Part shown: positions 8,254-17,273 of the stretch, piece after piece | How the letters are laid out: each line of letters starts with the position of its first letter | Numbering within the stretch: position 1 is the stretch's first letter | From: Candidatus Poribacteria bacterium | GTDB lineage: Bacteria; Poribacteria; WGA-4E; PCPOR2b | DNA: 64,000 bases | Direction of reading: 5' to 3' | Assembly: GCA_965247655.1 (NCBI GenBank) | Contig: OZ252032.1 | Span: 1,861,101 to 1,925,100 of the forward strand | The notes under the pieces: model-generated | The model's database searches: none | Told to the model about the DNA's origin: nothing | What the model saw: only the letters and a program-made list of their open reading frames with translations | Program-made: the position numbers and the translations under genes

Positions 8254-11187
8254 ATGCGAACTGAACAAAATACACTAACAACAACGTCCAATCGACTTCA
8301 TCCGAAGCAGGGTGAGGCCATCGATCGCTCTACTACGATTCGATTCACCTTTGATGGGGTGGAGTACACCGCCTACCCCGGCGATACCGTCGCTTCGGCT
8401 CTGACAGCGGCGGGTGTCAAAGTCTTGAGCCGCTCGTTTAAGTATCATCGTCCGCGTGGGTTGCTCTGTTGCTCTGGACATTGCCCCAACTGTCTGGTGC
8501 AAATTGGAGATGAGCCAAACGTCCGCGCCTGTACCAGACCCGTCGAAGCGGGGATGGATGTGCGCGCACAGAACGTTTGGCCCTCGCTCAACCGAGATCT
8601 GCTGTCCCTGACCCAACTGGGATCGCGCTTTATGCCGGTCGGGTTTTACTATAAGACTTTCATCCGTCCCCAAAAGCTATGGCCCCTCTACGAACATACG
8701 TTACGCCATATCGCTGGCTTAGGTGAAGTTAGTCTTGATACACCCCCAGGCGAGTTTGACAAGCAATATCTACATACCGATGTCGTCGTAGTCGGTGGTG
8801 GACCGGCAGGGATTAGTGCGGCATTGAGTGCAGCCGAAGCCGGCGCGCAGGTGTTGTTTTTCGACGAGAACTCAGCCCTCGGAGGCCACCTCCGCTTCAC
8901 CGTTCCTCTGGAATCTCCCTCGACCACGCAAGCAGCCAAAGACCTACCTGAACTGTTAGAAGCGATTGATCAGCAACCGAATATTACGGTTTTCGCTGAT
9001 ACGAGTGTTCTGGGTTGGTATCAGGACAACTGGCTTTGCGCCGTGAAGGGGGAGCGTCTGTTTAAAATACGGACGAAATCGATGGTTGTAGCGACCGGTG
9101 CCTACGAAACACCGCTTATTTTCGACAACAATGACCTGCCGGGCGTTATGTTGGGGAGTGCTGTACAGCGTCTGCTTCATCTTTTTGGTGTCCTCCCCGG
9201 CAGACAGGTTGTGATTGTAACCGCTAACGAGGATGGCTGGGATGTAGCCGCCGACCTCCAGTCGCTGGGGGTAAACGTGGCAGCTATCGTAGAAGAACGT
9301 GAACATAACGCCTGTTCCAGTCCATACCGGGATGGATTGGCGAATGCCGGCGTCCCGGTGTTCTATCGACATACCATCCTCGAAGCCCTCGGTTCAAACG
9401 CAGTAAGCGGGGCAAAGATTGCACGCCTTGACGGACGGGACGAAATCTCTCCCGCAACGACACAGTCGCTGCAGTGCGATCTCATCGTGACGAGTATGGG
9501 CTGGACACCTGCTACTGAACTTGCTTATATGGCGGGTGGAAAATCGGAATACAATGAAGAACGAGCGGAAATATTACCGGTATCCACTCCACCCGGTATC
9601 TATGTGGCAGGACGAGCGGCAGGAACACACGCCGTTGATTTACAGATTGTCGAAGCGCAGCAGGCAGGATCTAACGCAGCCGCTTTTGCGGGATTTGGTG
9701 AATTCGATGAATCGACAGCGCAATCTTCTGGTGTCTTAGAACCGCGCCGTACTTCCGAGCGGGTGTGCATTCCCGGCAAAAAGAAGCGATTCGTGTGTTA
9801 TTGCGAAGATGTCACCGACGAAGATGTGGAAACGGCGATTGCGGAAGGGTACGACAGCATCGAGTTACTCAAACGATACAGTACCATCTCAATGGGACCC
9901 TGTCAGGGTGCCATGTGCTCGATGAACACCATCCACCTCTGTGCTCGCGCCAACGGTTGGACGGTACAGGAGACCGGCACGACGACCGCGAGACCTCCTA
10001 CTACGCCGGTGACGCTAGGGGCTTTGGCAGGTCAAAATATGGAGCCGGTACAGACAACCCCGATTCATCAATGGCACCTCGATCAAGGTGCAAATATGAT
10101 GGTTGCGGGGCTTTGGCTGCGCGCAAACCACTACGACGATCCAGCGGCGGAAGCGTTGGGGGTCCGTAATCGGGTCGGTCTTATTGACGTAAGCCCGTTG
10201 GGAAAACTGCAGCTTACCGGTCCCGGAGTCCCTGAGTTACTGGAACGCATCTACACCAATCAGTGGGGTAATCTCCGGGTTGGACGGGTGCGCTACGGCG
10301 TGATGTGCAATGACGAAGGCGTAGTGCTAAACGACGGGGTTTGTGCACATCTGAGGGATGATACGTGGTACATGACCACCACCTCTACCGGCGCAACAAC
10401 GATCTTTGAGTGGCTGCAATGGTGGTTGCAATCAGGGTGGGGGGAAGGTATCCATTTAACTGATCTGACGGATACCTATTCCGCCTTCAACTTGGCGGGT
10501 CCCCAATCGCGGGCGGTACTAGAGAAATTAACAGAGCGAAATCTCGCCAACAAAGCCTTCCCTTACATGCGTATCCGCTCTGCTAGGATTGCGGATGTGC
10601 CGTGTCGATTGCTGCGTATCGGTTTCACAGGTGAGCTCTCCTACGAAGTTCATTGTCCGTCGGGTTATGCGCTGCACGTTTGGGAAGCACTGATGGACGC
10701 AGGCAGGGAGTTTGGCATTGTTCCATTTGGCGTGGAAGCACAGCGCATACTGCGATTGGAGAAGGCGCACATTATTGTCGGACAGGACACCGACGCCATG
10801 TCTGATCCGCTCTCTGCTAATATGGCGTGGACGGTAAAATTGGACAAGCCCGATTTTCTGGGAAAACCTTCTCTGATGCGAATCTCTGCCGAAGGGCCGA
10901 AGCAGCTTCTGGTAGGCTTCAAGATGGCTGAATCCGATGTTGTTCCCGCTGAAGGGTTACAGATTGTTGAGCCCGAAGCGGATGGCGGTCTGAGAATTAT
11001 TGGTTGGGTCACCTCCAGTCGATTCAGCCCGACCTTAGAGGAGGCAATTGGACTCTGTTGGCTGCCGGCGGATATAGCATCTCAAAACGGTGCTTCTTTT
11101 ACGATTCGCATGGACGGAGATCTGGCAGAGGCGCGTGTCCATCACGATGCCTTTTATGACCCCGACGGAGAAAGGTTACGCGCATGA
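8254..11187 (+). CDS. soxA: sarcosine oxidase subunit alpha (2Fe-2S / FAD-NAD binding / GcvT-like C-terminus)
   Basis: 977 aa; N-terminal 2Fe-2S Cys cluster (CCSGHCPNC), VVVVGGGPAG, C-terminal aminomethyltransferase fold. Confidence 0.9.
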   Translation: MRTEQNTLTTTSNRLHPKQGEAIDRSTTIRFTFDGVEYTAYPGDTVASALTAAGVKVLSRSFKYHRPRGLLCCSGHCPNCLVQIGDEPNVRACTRPVEAGMDVRAQNVWPSLNRDLLSLTQLGSRFMPVGFYYKTFIRPQKLWPLYEHTLRHIAGLGEVSLDTPPGEFDKQYLHTDVVVVGGGPAGISAALSAAEAGAQVLFFDENSALGGHLRFTVPLESPSTTQAAKDLPELLEAIDQQPNITVFADTSVLGWYQDNWLCAVKGERLFKIRTKSMVVATGAYETPLIFDNNDLPGVMLGSAVQRLLHLFGVLPGRQVVIVTANEDGWDVAADLQSLGVNVAAIVEEREHNACSSPYRDGLANAGVPVFYRHTILEALGSNAVSGAKIARLDGRDEISPATTQSLQCDLIVTSMGWTPATELAYMAGGKSEYNEERAEILPVSTPPGIYVAGRAAGTHAVDLQIVEAQQAGSNAAAFAGFGEFDESTAQSSGVLEPRRTSERVCIPGKKKRFVCYCEDVTDEDVETAIAEGYDSIELLKRYSTISMGPCQGAMCSMNTIHLCARANGWTVQETGTTTARPPTTPVTLGALAGQNMEPVQTTPIHQWHLDQGANMMVAGLWLRANHYDDPAAEALGVRNRVGLIDVSPLGKLQLTGPGVPELLERIYTNQWGNLRVGRVRYGVMCNDEGVVLNDGVCAHLRDDTWYMTTTSTGATTIFEWLQWWLQSGWGEGIHLTDLTDTYSAFNLAGPQSRAVLEKLTERNLANKAFPYMRIRSARIADVPCRLLRIGFTGELSYEVHCPSGYALHVWEALMDAGREFGIVPFGVEAQRILRLEKAHIIVGQDTDAMSDPLSANMAWTVKLDKPDFLGKPSLMRISAEGPKQLLVGFKMAESDVVPAEGLQIVEPEADGGLRIIGWVTSSRFSPTLEEAIGLCWLPADIASQNGASFTIRMDGDLAEARVHHDAFYDPDGERLRA

Positions 11188-11873
11188 GTACCTCCAAAAC
11201 ACCCATCAAGTTGACCTCTTTATACTCCATCGCCCAACGCTTGGGCGCGACATTCACCGAACAACGTGGATGGTGTATCCCAGAGGTTTATACGACCCTG
11301 GAAGCGGAAGTTGCCGCAGCCCGTGAACGGATTGCCCTCGCTGACGAAACGTTGAATGGAAAACTACTGGTCGAAGGAGATCAGGCTGAGTCCGTGTTGA
11401 TGGATGCCTTCGATTTAGGATCACTTCAAATTAACGAAGGACGCGATGGAATCTATCGGTTACGGAATGATCTCTTTTTCATTAGTACGCCGCCCGGCAG
11501 AGAGGTTAGTGCAGAGAAAAAGCTGACGACTGCATCGGCAGCAGCATCTGAACAGTTCGTCACGGTTACAGATGTTACACATGGCCGAGTGGAGATTCGG
11601 GTGATTGGTCCTGATAGTCAGGCACTTTTGAGCAAGGTGTGTGGTTTGGATTTCCATCCTTCAGCATTCCCAAACGAAACGGCGAAACAGAGCAGTCTCG
11701 CCAAGACAACGCAGCTGATCATCCGCAGAGACATCGGCGAGTTACCGACATTTTCGATCATAGGGACACAGTCGTTGGGGCCCTATGTTTGGGATACCAT
11801 GATGGAGGCAGGCAAAGAATTTGGGATTGTCCCGATTGGCAGGGCGACGTTACTCGCGTTGACAGAGGCGTAA
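11184..11873 (+). CDS. soxG: sarcosine oxidase subunit gamma
   Basis: 229 aa; 4-bp overlap with soxA stop; position and size typical of SoxG. Confidence 0.75.
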   Translation: MSTSKTPIKLTSLYSIAQRLGATFTEQRGWCIPEVYTTLEAEVAAARERIALADETLNGKLLVEGDQAESVLMDAFDLGSLQINEGRDGIYRLRNDLFFISTPPGREVSAEKKLTTASAAASEQFVTVTDVTHGRVEIRVIGPDSQALLSKVCGLDFHPSAFPNETAKQSSLAKTTQLIIRRDIGELPTFSIIGTQSLGPYVWDTMMEAGKEFGIVPIGRATLLALTEA

Positions 11874-11897
11874 GAGCAGGGAGGGAGATCTTCTTTG

Positions 11898-13925
11898 ATG
11901 GCAAAGAACTTGACGCGTGAAAACCTCATCGAGTGCGGGCTGGACGCATCCACGTCGGATCGCTTGCTAGAGCGCATCAATCCGTTACTCGCATCGCTTC
12001 CAGCTGCAGCCTGTTGGGGAAAAATTTCGCAAACCATTCTAACCCCCGACCACCCATTCGCACTTCATCAACTCCTCCACAATACGGTTTTTGCCGACTG
12101 GGCGGGTGTGGCTGCCCCCGGTTGGTTTCCGGCTGAAGATAAAATTGCGAAGACAAACATCGCGGCGGTCATGCAGGAGTTAGATCTCGATTCCTACGAG
12201 GCACTCCATTCGTGGTCGGTGCACCATCGCGCCGATTTTTGGGAGTTGATGATTGAAAGGCTTGGAATCCAATTCCATCGAAAATTCAGTGAGGTGGTGG
12301 ATCTGTCCGAGGGAGATGAGTTTCCCAAGTGGCTTGTCGACGCACAGCTTAACATCGTTGAGAGCTGTTTTAACGCACCAAGTGATGCTACCGCGATTGT
12401 GTTTCAGTCGGAAGGTTCGATGCTTTCGACGATGACCTACGGTGAACTCAACTTCCTGATCAATCGGGTTGCCAATGGATTGGTGGATGCGGGTTTCCAG
12501 CCGGGCGACGCTATCGCTGTTAATATGCCGATGCACGCCGAATCGGTCCCCATCTATCTAGGCATCATTAAAGCGGGCGGTGTCGTGATTTCGATTGCTG
12601 ACAGTTTCGCGCCGGATGAGATTCAGATGCGTCTGCGCATCGCAAATGCGAAAGGGATTTTCACGCAGGACTCTATCCACCGTGCAGGAAAGCAGTTGCC
12701 GTTATATGCGAAGGTGGTTGATGCCAACGCGCCAAAAGCGATTGTGCTTTCCCGTGGGGACGAGCCCCCAGTTGAATTGCGAAACGGTGATTTGACTTGG
12801 GAGGGGTTTCTCAGTGATAGTGATGAGTTTGACGCAGTCGGTTGTGATCCGCACGACCACACAAACATCCTGTTTTCTTCGGGAACGACTGGAGAACCCA
12901 AAGCGATTCCGTGGATGCAAACTACGCCCATTAAATGCGCTGCGGATGCGTATCTACATCACGACATTCAGCAGGGAGATGTGCTGGCTTGGCCTACCAA
13001 TCTTGGGTGGATGATGGGACCATGGCTTATCTACGCAAGTTTAATCAATCGGGCGACAATTGCATTATACGATGGTGTCCCGACAGAAAGGGAGTTTGGC
13101 GAGTTTGTGCAGAATGCTCGCGTTACGATGCTCGGTGCCGTGCCAAGTCTAGTGAGGGCTTGGAAAAACACGGGTTGTATGAAAGGGCTTGATTGGCACG
13201 CTATCAAAGCCTTCAGTTCTACAGGTGAGTGTTCCAACTCGGAGGATATGCTGTTTCTGATGTCCACCGCGGGATACCGTCCGATTATCGAGTATTGTGG
13301 GGGGACAGAGATAGGCGGTGGCTATCTCACCGGTACAACTGTCCAACCCGCCGCCCCGGCGACGTTTACAACGCCTGCTTTGGGACTGGATATAGTCATC
13401 TGCGATGAGGATGGTCAGCCGAGCGATAACGGAGAGGTTTTTGTGATCCCACCCTCCATTGGACTCTCTACCGAATTGTTAAATAAAGACCACCATGAGG
13501 TGTACTTTGAAGGAACCCCTCAGTTTGCGAAGATGCCGCCTCTCCGTCGTCATGGAGATGGGGTTGAACGATTGGCTAATGGCTATTACCGGATCCATGG
13601 GCGTGTGGATGATACGATGAATCTCGGTGGTATCAAAGTCAGTTCGGCGGAGATTGAGGAAGTTCTAAACTCCGTGAGTGGTATTCGAGAAGTTGCAGCG
13701 ATTGCTGTGCCGCCGCCCGATGGGGGTCCCAGCCAACTGGTCATTTATGCTGTACTTCTGCCGGGAACAGATACCCAATCGTTGACCACCTCCCTACAAT
13801 CGGCGATCCGGGGGCATCTCAATCCGCTTTTTAGGATCCACGATGTCGTCGTTGTCGATGCTTTGCCTCGAACCGCCTCCAACAAAATCATGCGCCGTAT
13901 TCTGCGCGATGAGCAGTCCCGTTAA
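11898..13925 (+). CDS. AMP-dependent synthetase/ligase (acetyl-CoA synthetase-like acyl-CoA ligase)
   Basis: 676 aa; AMP-binding signature SSGTTGEPKA, ACS-like N-terminal extension, C-terminal GRVDDTMNLGGIKVSSAEIE. Confidence 0.8.
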   Translation: MAKNLTRENLIECGLDASTSDRLLERINPLLASLPAAACWGKISQTILTPDHPFALHQLLHNTVFADWAGVAAPGWFPAEDKIAKTNIAAVMQELDLDSYEALHSWSVHHRADFWELMIERLGIQFHRKFSEVVDLSEGDEFPKWLVDAQLNIVESCFNAPSDATAIVFQSEGSMLSTMTYGELNFLINRVANGLVDAGFQPGDAIAVNMPMHAESVPIYLGIIKAGGVVISIADSFAPDEIQMRLRIANAKGIFTQDSIHRAGKQLPLYAKVVDANAPKAIVLSRGDEPPVELRNGDLTWEGFLSDSDEFDAVGCDPHDHTNILFSSGTTGEPKAIPWMQTTPIKCAADAYLHHDIQQGDVLAWPTNLGWMMGPWLIYASLINRATIALYDGVPTEREFGEFVQNARVTMLGAVPSLVRAWKNTGCMKGLDWHAIKAFSSTGECSNSEDMLFLMSTAGYRPIIEYCGGTEIGGGYLTGTTVQPAAPATFTTPALGLDIVICDEDGQPSDNGEVFVIPPSIGLSTELLNKDHHEVYFEGTPQFAKMPPLRRHGDGVERLANGYYRIHGRVDDTMNLGGIKVSSAEIEEVLNSVSGIREVAAIAVPPPDGGPSQLVIYAVLLPGTDTQSLTTSLQSAIRGHLNPLFRIHDVVVVDALPRTASNKIMRRILRDEQSR

Positions 13926-13953
13926 AGCTGTTACGGCACACGGCGTGTGCCTA

Positions 13954-15729
13954 CTACTTTAGGATGAGCATCTTGCGGGTGGCGGAAAAATCTCCTGCTG
14001 TCAACGTGTAAAAATACAAACCACTTGCTACGGTCTCACCAACCTCGTTCCTCCCATCCCAATACGCCGCTTTTGATCGATTTTCATAAACTGCTGCGTT
14101 TTGATGTCCCACGTCAAGCGTGCGGACAACTTGACCGCTGCTGTTATAGATGGTCAATGTCACGAAAGCATCTTCCGCCAACCGGTAGGGGATCCATGTT
14201 TCAGGGTTGAACGGATTTGGATAGTTTGCAAGCAAGGCTGTTTCATCAGGAACCAAAGATGCTAAAAGGAGTTCAAGAGTAGTAATTCCCTCATGGAAAG
14301 TCAGAGACCCATCATCCACCTCACGTGCCATATCTATCCATTTCTGAATCATCATTGAATTCAGATCTGGCACATACTCTGCACTAGGTGCTTTGGAAGT
14401 TGTAGATTTCCCCAAGTATTGAGCAATCGCAACCAAGTCCACAATATCAACACCTCCATTCCCAGTAACATCCACTTGTGGATTATCTGTACCAAGATTC
14501 TGACCAACCAGCACCAAATCGTCAAGGGTTACATTCCCATCCCCATTCACATCATAATTTTGAACTCTAAGATTACCTGCCCTTAGTGTGTGCCGCATAT
14601 GCTGCTGGTTTACATTAGTCAGAGTTAGGTCTGTGTTCCAGAATCTACTATCCCCAGCTGCTTTTGCTTCAAAGGTTATTGAAAACAAAATACCAGTTCC
14701 ACTAGCACCTTCTGTACTAAGACGTACAGAACTAAATCCACTAACCACGCCTTCATTATTACCGATTGTACCTTCTAAATTATAAACGTCCTTTCCCCCC
14801 TTTTGTAAGAAATTACCGGGTTCAACGGAAGTCACCGACAGCACACTCGGATTGAAGTCAAAATGTCGAATTTCCCAGCCGGCTAACTCGACGACATCTT
14901 CGATAATCAAATCGATTGTGAATGTCTCACCAACCGCTACAAATGCTGTCTCATCAGGTATAGGGTTAAGAGAAAAGATAATTGTTGTATTATCGACCCT
15001 AACCCCCCGCTCTCGAAGTGCAGGTATCAGTATATTAATCGATTCATCATTCAAGGGGTTTCCCGCGACAACAATCCAATCCCCAGCCCCTATTCCACGG
15101 TTTTCTATTAATGGCGTTAGGTCTGATATAGAGTTATCCCTAAGATTAAGCCCATAAAGATTGAATAAGCCTCTCAAAGGCGTTATATCCGTTACCGAAT
15201 TACCATCAAGATCCAGGTATCCCAGGTTCGCTAATCCTACCAAAGGCGTTATATCCGTTACCGAATTACCACCAAGATACAGGTCTCTCAGGTTCGTTAA
15301 TCCTCTCAAAGGCGTTATATCCGTTATCGAATTACCATTAAGATACAGGTCTCTCAGGTTGATTAATCCTACCAAAGGCGTTATATCCGTTACCGAATTA
15401 CCCTGAACATCCAGGTATCTCAGGTTCGTTAATCCTCTCAAAGGTGATAGATCTGTCACACGGTTATTCCAAAAAGGCAGCCCTTCCAGATTAGTTGCAT
15501 ATTCAAGTCCAGTTAAATCAATTATGTCCATACTTCCTCCTCGGTCTAGGGAGTACAACCTGTTCATCTCTTCACTAGTGATTACGGCCCCATCGGCCTT
15601 ACCAAGTTGCCTATTGATAGCAGCACGGAGATTAGGGTCAGGAATATCTATGACCTGTGCTGTTGCTGTCAACGGAAGCGAGAAGCAAACCAACAGAAAA
15701 AAAGTGAAACGAAAAAATGATAGTTTCAT
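13954..15729 (-). CDS. secreted modular surface protein: signal peptide + ~7 LRRs + cohesin-like domain + dockerin-like Ca-binding pair + T9SS C-terminal sorting domain
   Basis: likely start MKLSFFRF (GGAGA RBS); 22-aa LRR units LxxLxxLxLxxNxVTDITPLxG; DVNGDGNVTLDDL / DVTGNGGVDIVDL dockerin-like loops; C-terminus NYPNPFNPETWIPY...LTIYNSSGQVV...GLYFYTL...KMLILK matches T9SS CTD. Confidence 0.75.
   Translation of the reverse strand: MKLSFFRFTFFLLVCFSLPLTATAQVIDIPDPNLRAAINRQLGKADGAVITSEEMNRLYSLDRGGSMDIIDLTGLEYATNLEGLPFWNNRVTDLSPLRGLTNLRYLDVQGNSVTDITPLVGLINLRDLYLNGNSITDITPLRGLTNLRDLYLGGNSVTDITPLVGLANLGYLDLDGNSVTDITPLRGLFNLYGLNLRDNSISDLTPLIENRGIGAGDWIVVAGNPLNDESINILIPALRERGVRVDNTTIIFSLNPIPDETAFVAVGETFTIDLIIEDVVELAGWEIRHFDFNPSVLSVTSVEPGNFLQKGGKDVYNLEGTIGNNEGVVSGFSSVRLSTEGASGTGILFSITFEAKAAGDSRFWNTDLTLTNVNQQHMRHTLRAGNLRVQNYDVNGDGNVTLDDLVLVGQNLGTDNPQVDVTGNGGVDIVDLVAIAQYLGKSTTSKAPSAEYVPDLNSMMIQKWIDMAREVDDGSLTFHEGITTLELLLASLVPDETALLANYPNPFNPETWIPYRLAEDAFVTLTIYNSSGQVVRTLDVGHQNAAVYENRSKAAYWDGRNEVGETVASGLYFYTLTAGDFSATRKMLILK
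14980..15475. repeat. tandem ~66-bp coding repeats (LRR units) inside surface-protein gene
   Basis: opposite-strand frame reads periodic KGVISVTELP; nucleotide-level periodicity visible. Confidence 0.7.
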
Positions 15730-16268
15730 AAGTTTATCTCCTTTACGGTTAGGGTAAGTCGTTGTGCTATGGCGTGTCGGACGGGTGATCCATCCCTCTA
15801 CGTTACACGACGGGCGATGAATCTTGACCGCTCCCAACCCTAAAGGATTGGGATTCTTTCAACAGACCGACACCGTTAAGGCTGCTGTATTCCCGCTTCG
15901 GCGAGACGTGCGCTGAAAGCCAGCGTCTTACCGTCTCTCCACGGGCGTTTAGACTCTCTGCGTGTCCCGCAGCGAGTATTGATTTTAAGGGCTTGGTTAT
16001 CGCCCAATGCGCCTTTTATGCTATAGGAGTGCGGGAGACACCACTTAGCAGTGGCGATAGCATTCCCCCACAAGGCGATATATCAACTATACCATATTTT
16101 ATTGAGAAAAACAAAAAAATTAAAGGGGTTGGATCCAACGCTAAAGCATTGGGCTTGCTACTATTTAGTAGTCAATGTTTTTTGCAGTAAGGGTGGGTGC
16201 ATCCTGCCCTTACAGGGGGAAAGCATCTATGCCGCAATGTGGGAACCTGTGGAAGGGGCACTTCCCTT

Positions 16269-17102
16269 TCAATTCCCATCTCCATCTGGCTGTCTCAACT
16301 GCTCAATCAACAATTCACGCTCTTGCTCGCTGAGAGTGGAAGTGTCGAGGTTCTGGATTATTTTTTCCCATCCGATGGTCTCAATAGTTTTTTCTAATCC
16401 AATAGTCTCAATGAATTTTTCCAATCCGATATTTTCGATGACCTTTTCGGGTGGAAACAGTTCTAAAATGGCGGGCAGGTCAAGGTCAAAACCGCGTAGG
16501 TTTTCGAGGTTCATATCTCTTAATACCTCCTTGAGGGCTTGAGGGTGCAAGGTTTTGATGAAGTGACTCATCTCCCTAAGTTCTTGGTGATGTTCCAGAA
16601 AAAACTGGACAATTTCTCTTTCACGCGCTCCTTTGTGAACCATCAACAACGGAAAGGTCGCCAGCGTAATTGGGAGGGTCGCAAGGTCAATTTGATAAAT
16701 TGGGAAGTGAGCGAGTGTACCGCGTTGAACTCCCGGGCCGATCGGTATCAAGTCGTCAATGTAGAGCGAGAAGTTGCTAGCAAACTTGCTGGCAATGACC
16801 CACAGTGTGATTTGGTTGCGATCGATAATTTTCTGCTGCATCTGATATAAGCAAGCGTAGCTTTCGATTTGAGCGACAGTCGCCCAATTTGCCGTATCTC
16901 CTGCCCCTTTGAACTCCCCGATTGTCGGTTTTCCGAGATAGTTAAAAGGGTAGGGAAGGGATTGAATCGGTACGCTTGGTTGAAAGAGTAAATCCATTTC
17001 AATCGGCATTTGTCCGAGCGGAATCGAGTCCTGAATCTGGATTTGGTCGCTCAGAGAGTGCCGGAGAAATTGGGCGAGTAGCGGATGCCACTGAATAGCC
17101 AT
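16269..17102 (-). CDS. Rpn/YhgA-like PD-(D/E)XK nuclease family (putative transposase-like) protein with C-terminal IGxEK repeats
   Basis: 277 aa; putative D...ExK core (MDLLFQ ... IGEFKG); C-terminal EKVIENIGLEKFIETIGLEKTIETIGWEK periodic motif reminiscent of Rpn C-termini. Confidence 0.45.
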   Translation of the reverse strand: MAIQWHPLLAQFLRHSLSDQIQIQDSIPLGQMPIEMDLLFQPSVPIQSLPYPFNYLGKPTIGEFKGAGDTANWATVAQIESYACLYQMQQKIIDRNQITLWVIASKFASNFSLYIDDLIPIGPGVQRGTLAHFPIYQIDLATLPITLATFPLLMVHKGAREREIVQFFLEHHQELREMSHFIKTLHPQALKEVLRDMNLENLRGFDLDLPAILELFPPEKVIENIGLEKFIETIGLEKTIETIGWEKIIQNLDTSTLSEQERELLIEQLRQPDGDGN

Positions 17103-17235
17103 CTTTTTTGTACTTGAGCGCTTGTCGTTTTAATCCAACGGGCACTGAATCGTCCGACTACAAACAGGCGACAAATCGCTAAACTACGGCCGTGGTGACT
17201 GTACCACAAAGGATGGTTAAAAGTTAAGGCGGGGA

Positions 17236-17262
17236 GTAGGGGTGGGGTGACCCCGCCCCTAC
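17236..17262 (-). terminator. GC-rich hairpin downstream of molybdoenzyme operon
   Basis: GTAGGGGTGGGGtgaCCCCGCCCCTAC stem-loop immediately 3' of the large-subunit stop, followed on minus strand by a T-rich tract (TTAACTTTT). Confidence 0.4.
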
Positions 17263-17273
17263 CGGTGCTGCTT

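Noticed and set aside
15161-15406. ORF on plus strand with periodic KGVISVTELP repeats; considered as CRISPR-like or repeat protein
   Set aside because: It is the alternative-frame/antisense reading of the LRR tandem repeats inside the surface-protein gene. The repeats are coding with no spacers, so it is not CRISPR.
16051-16542. 163-aa plus-strand ORF
   Set aside because: Overlaps the Rpn-like gene on the opposite strand; no RBS; low-complexity translation.
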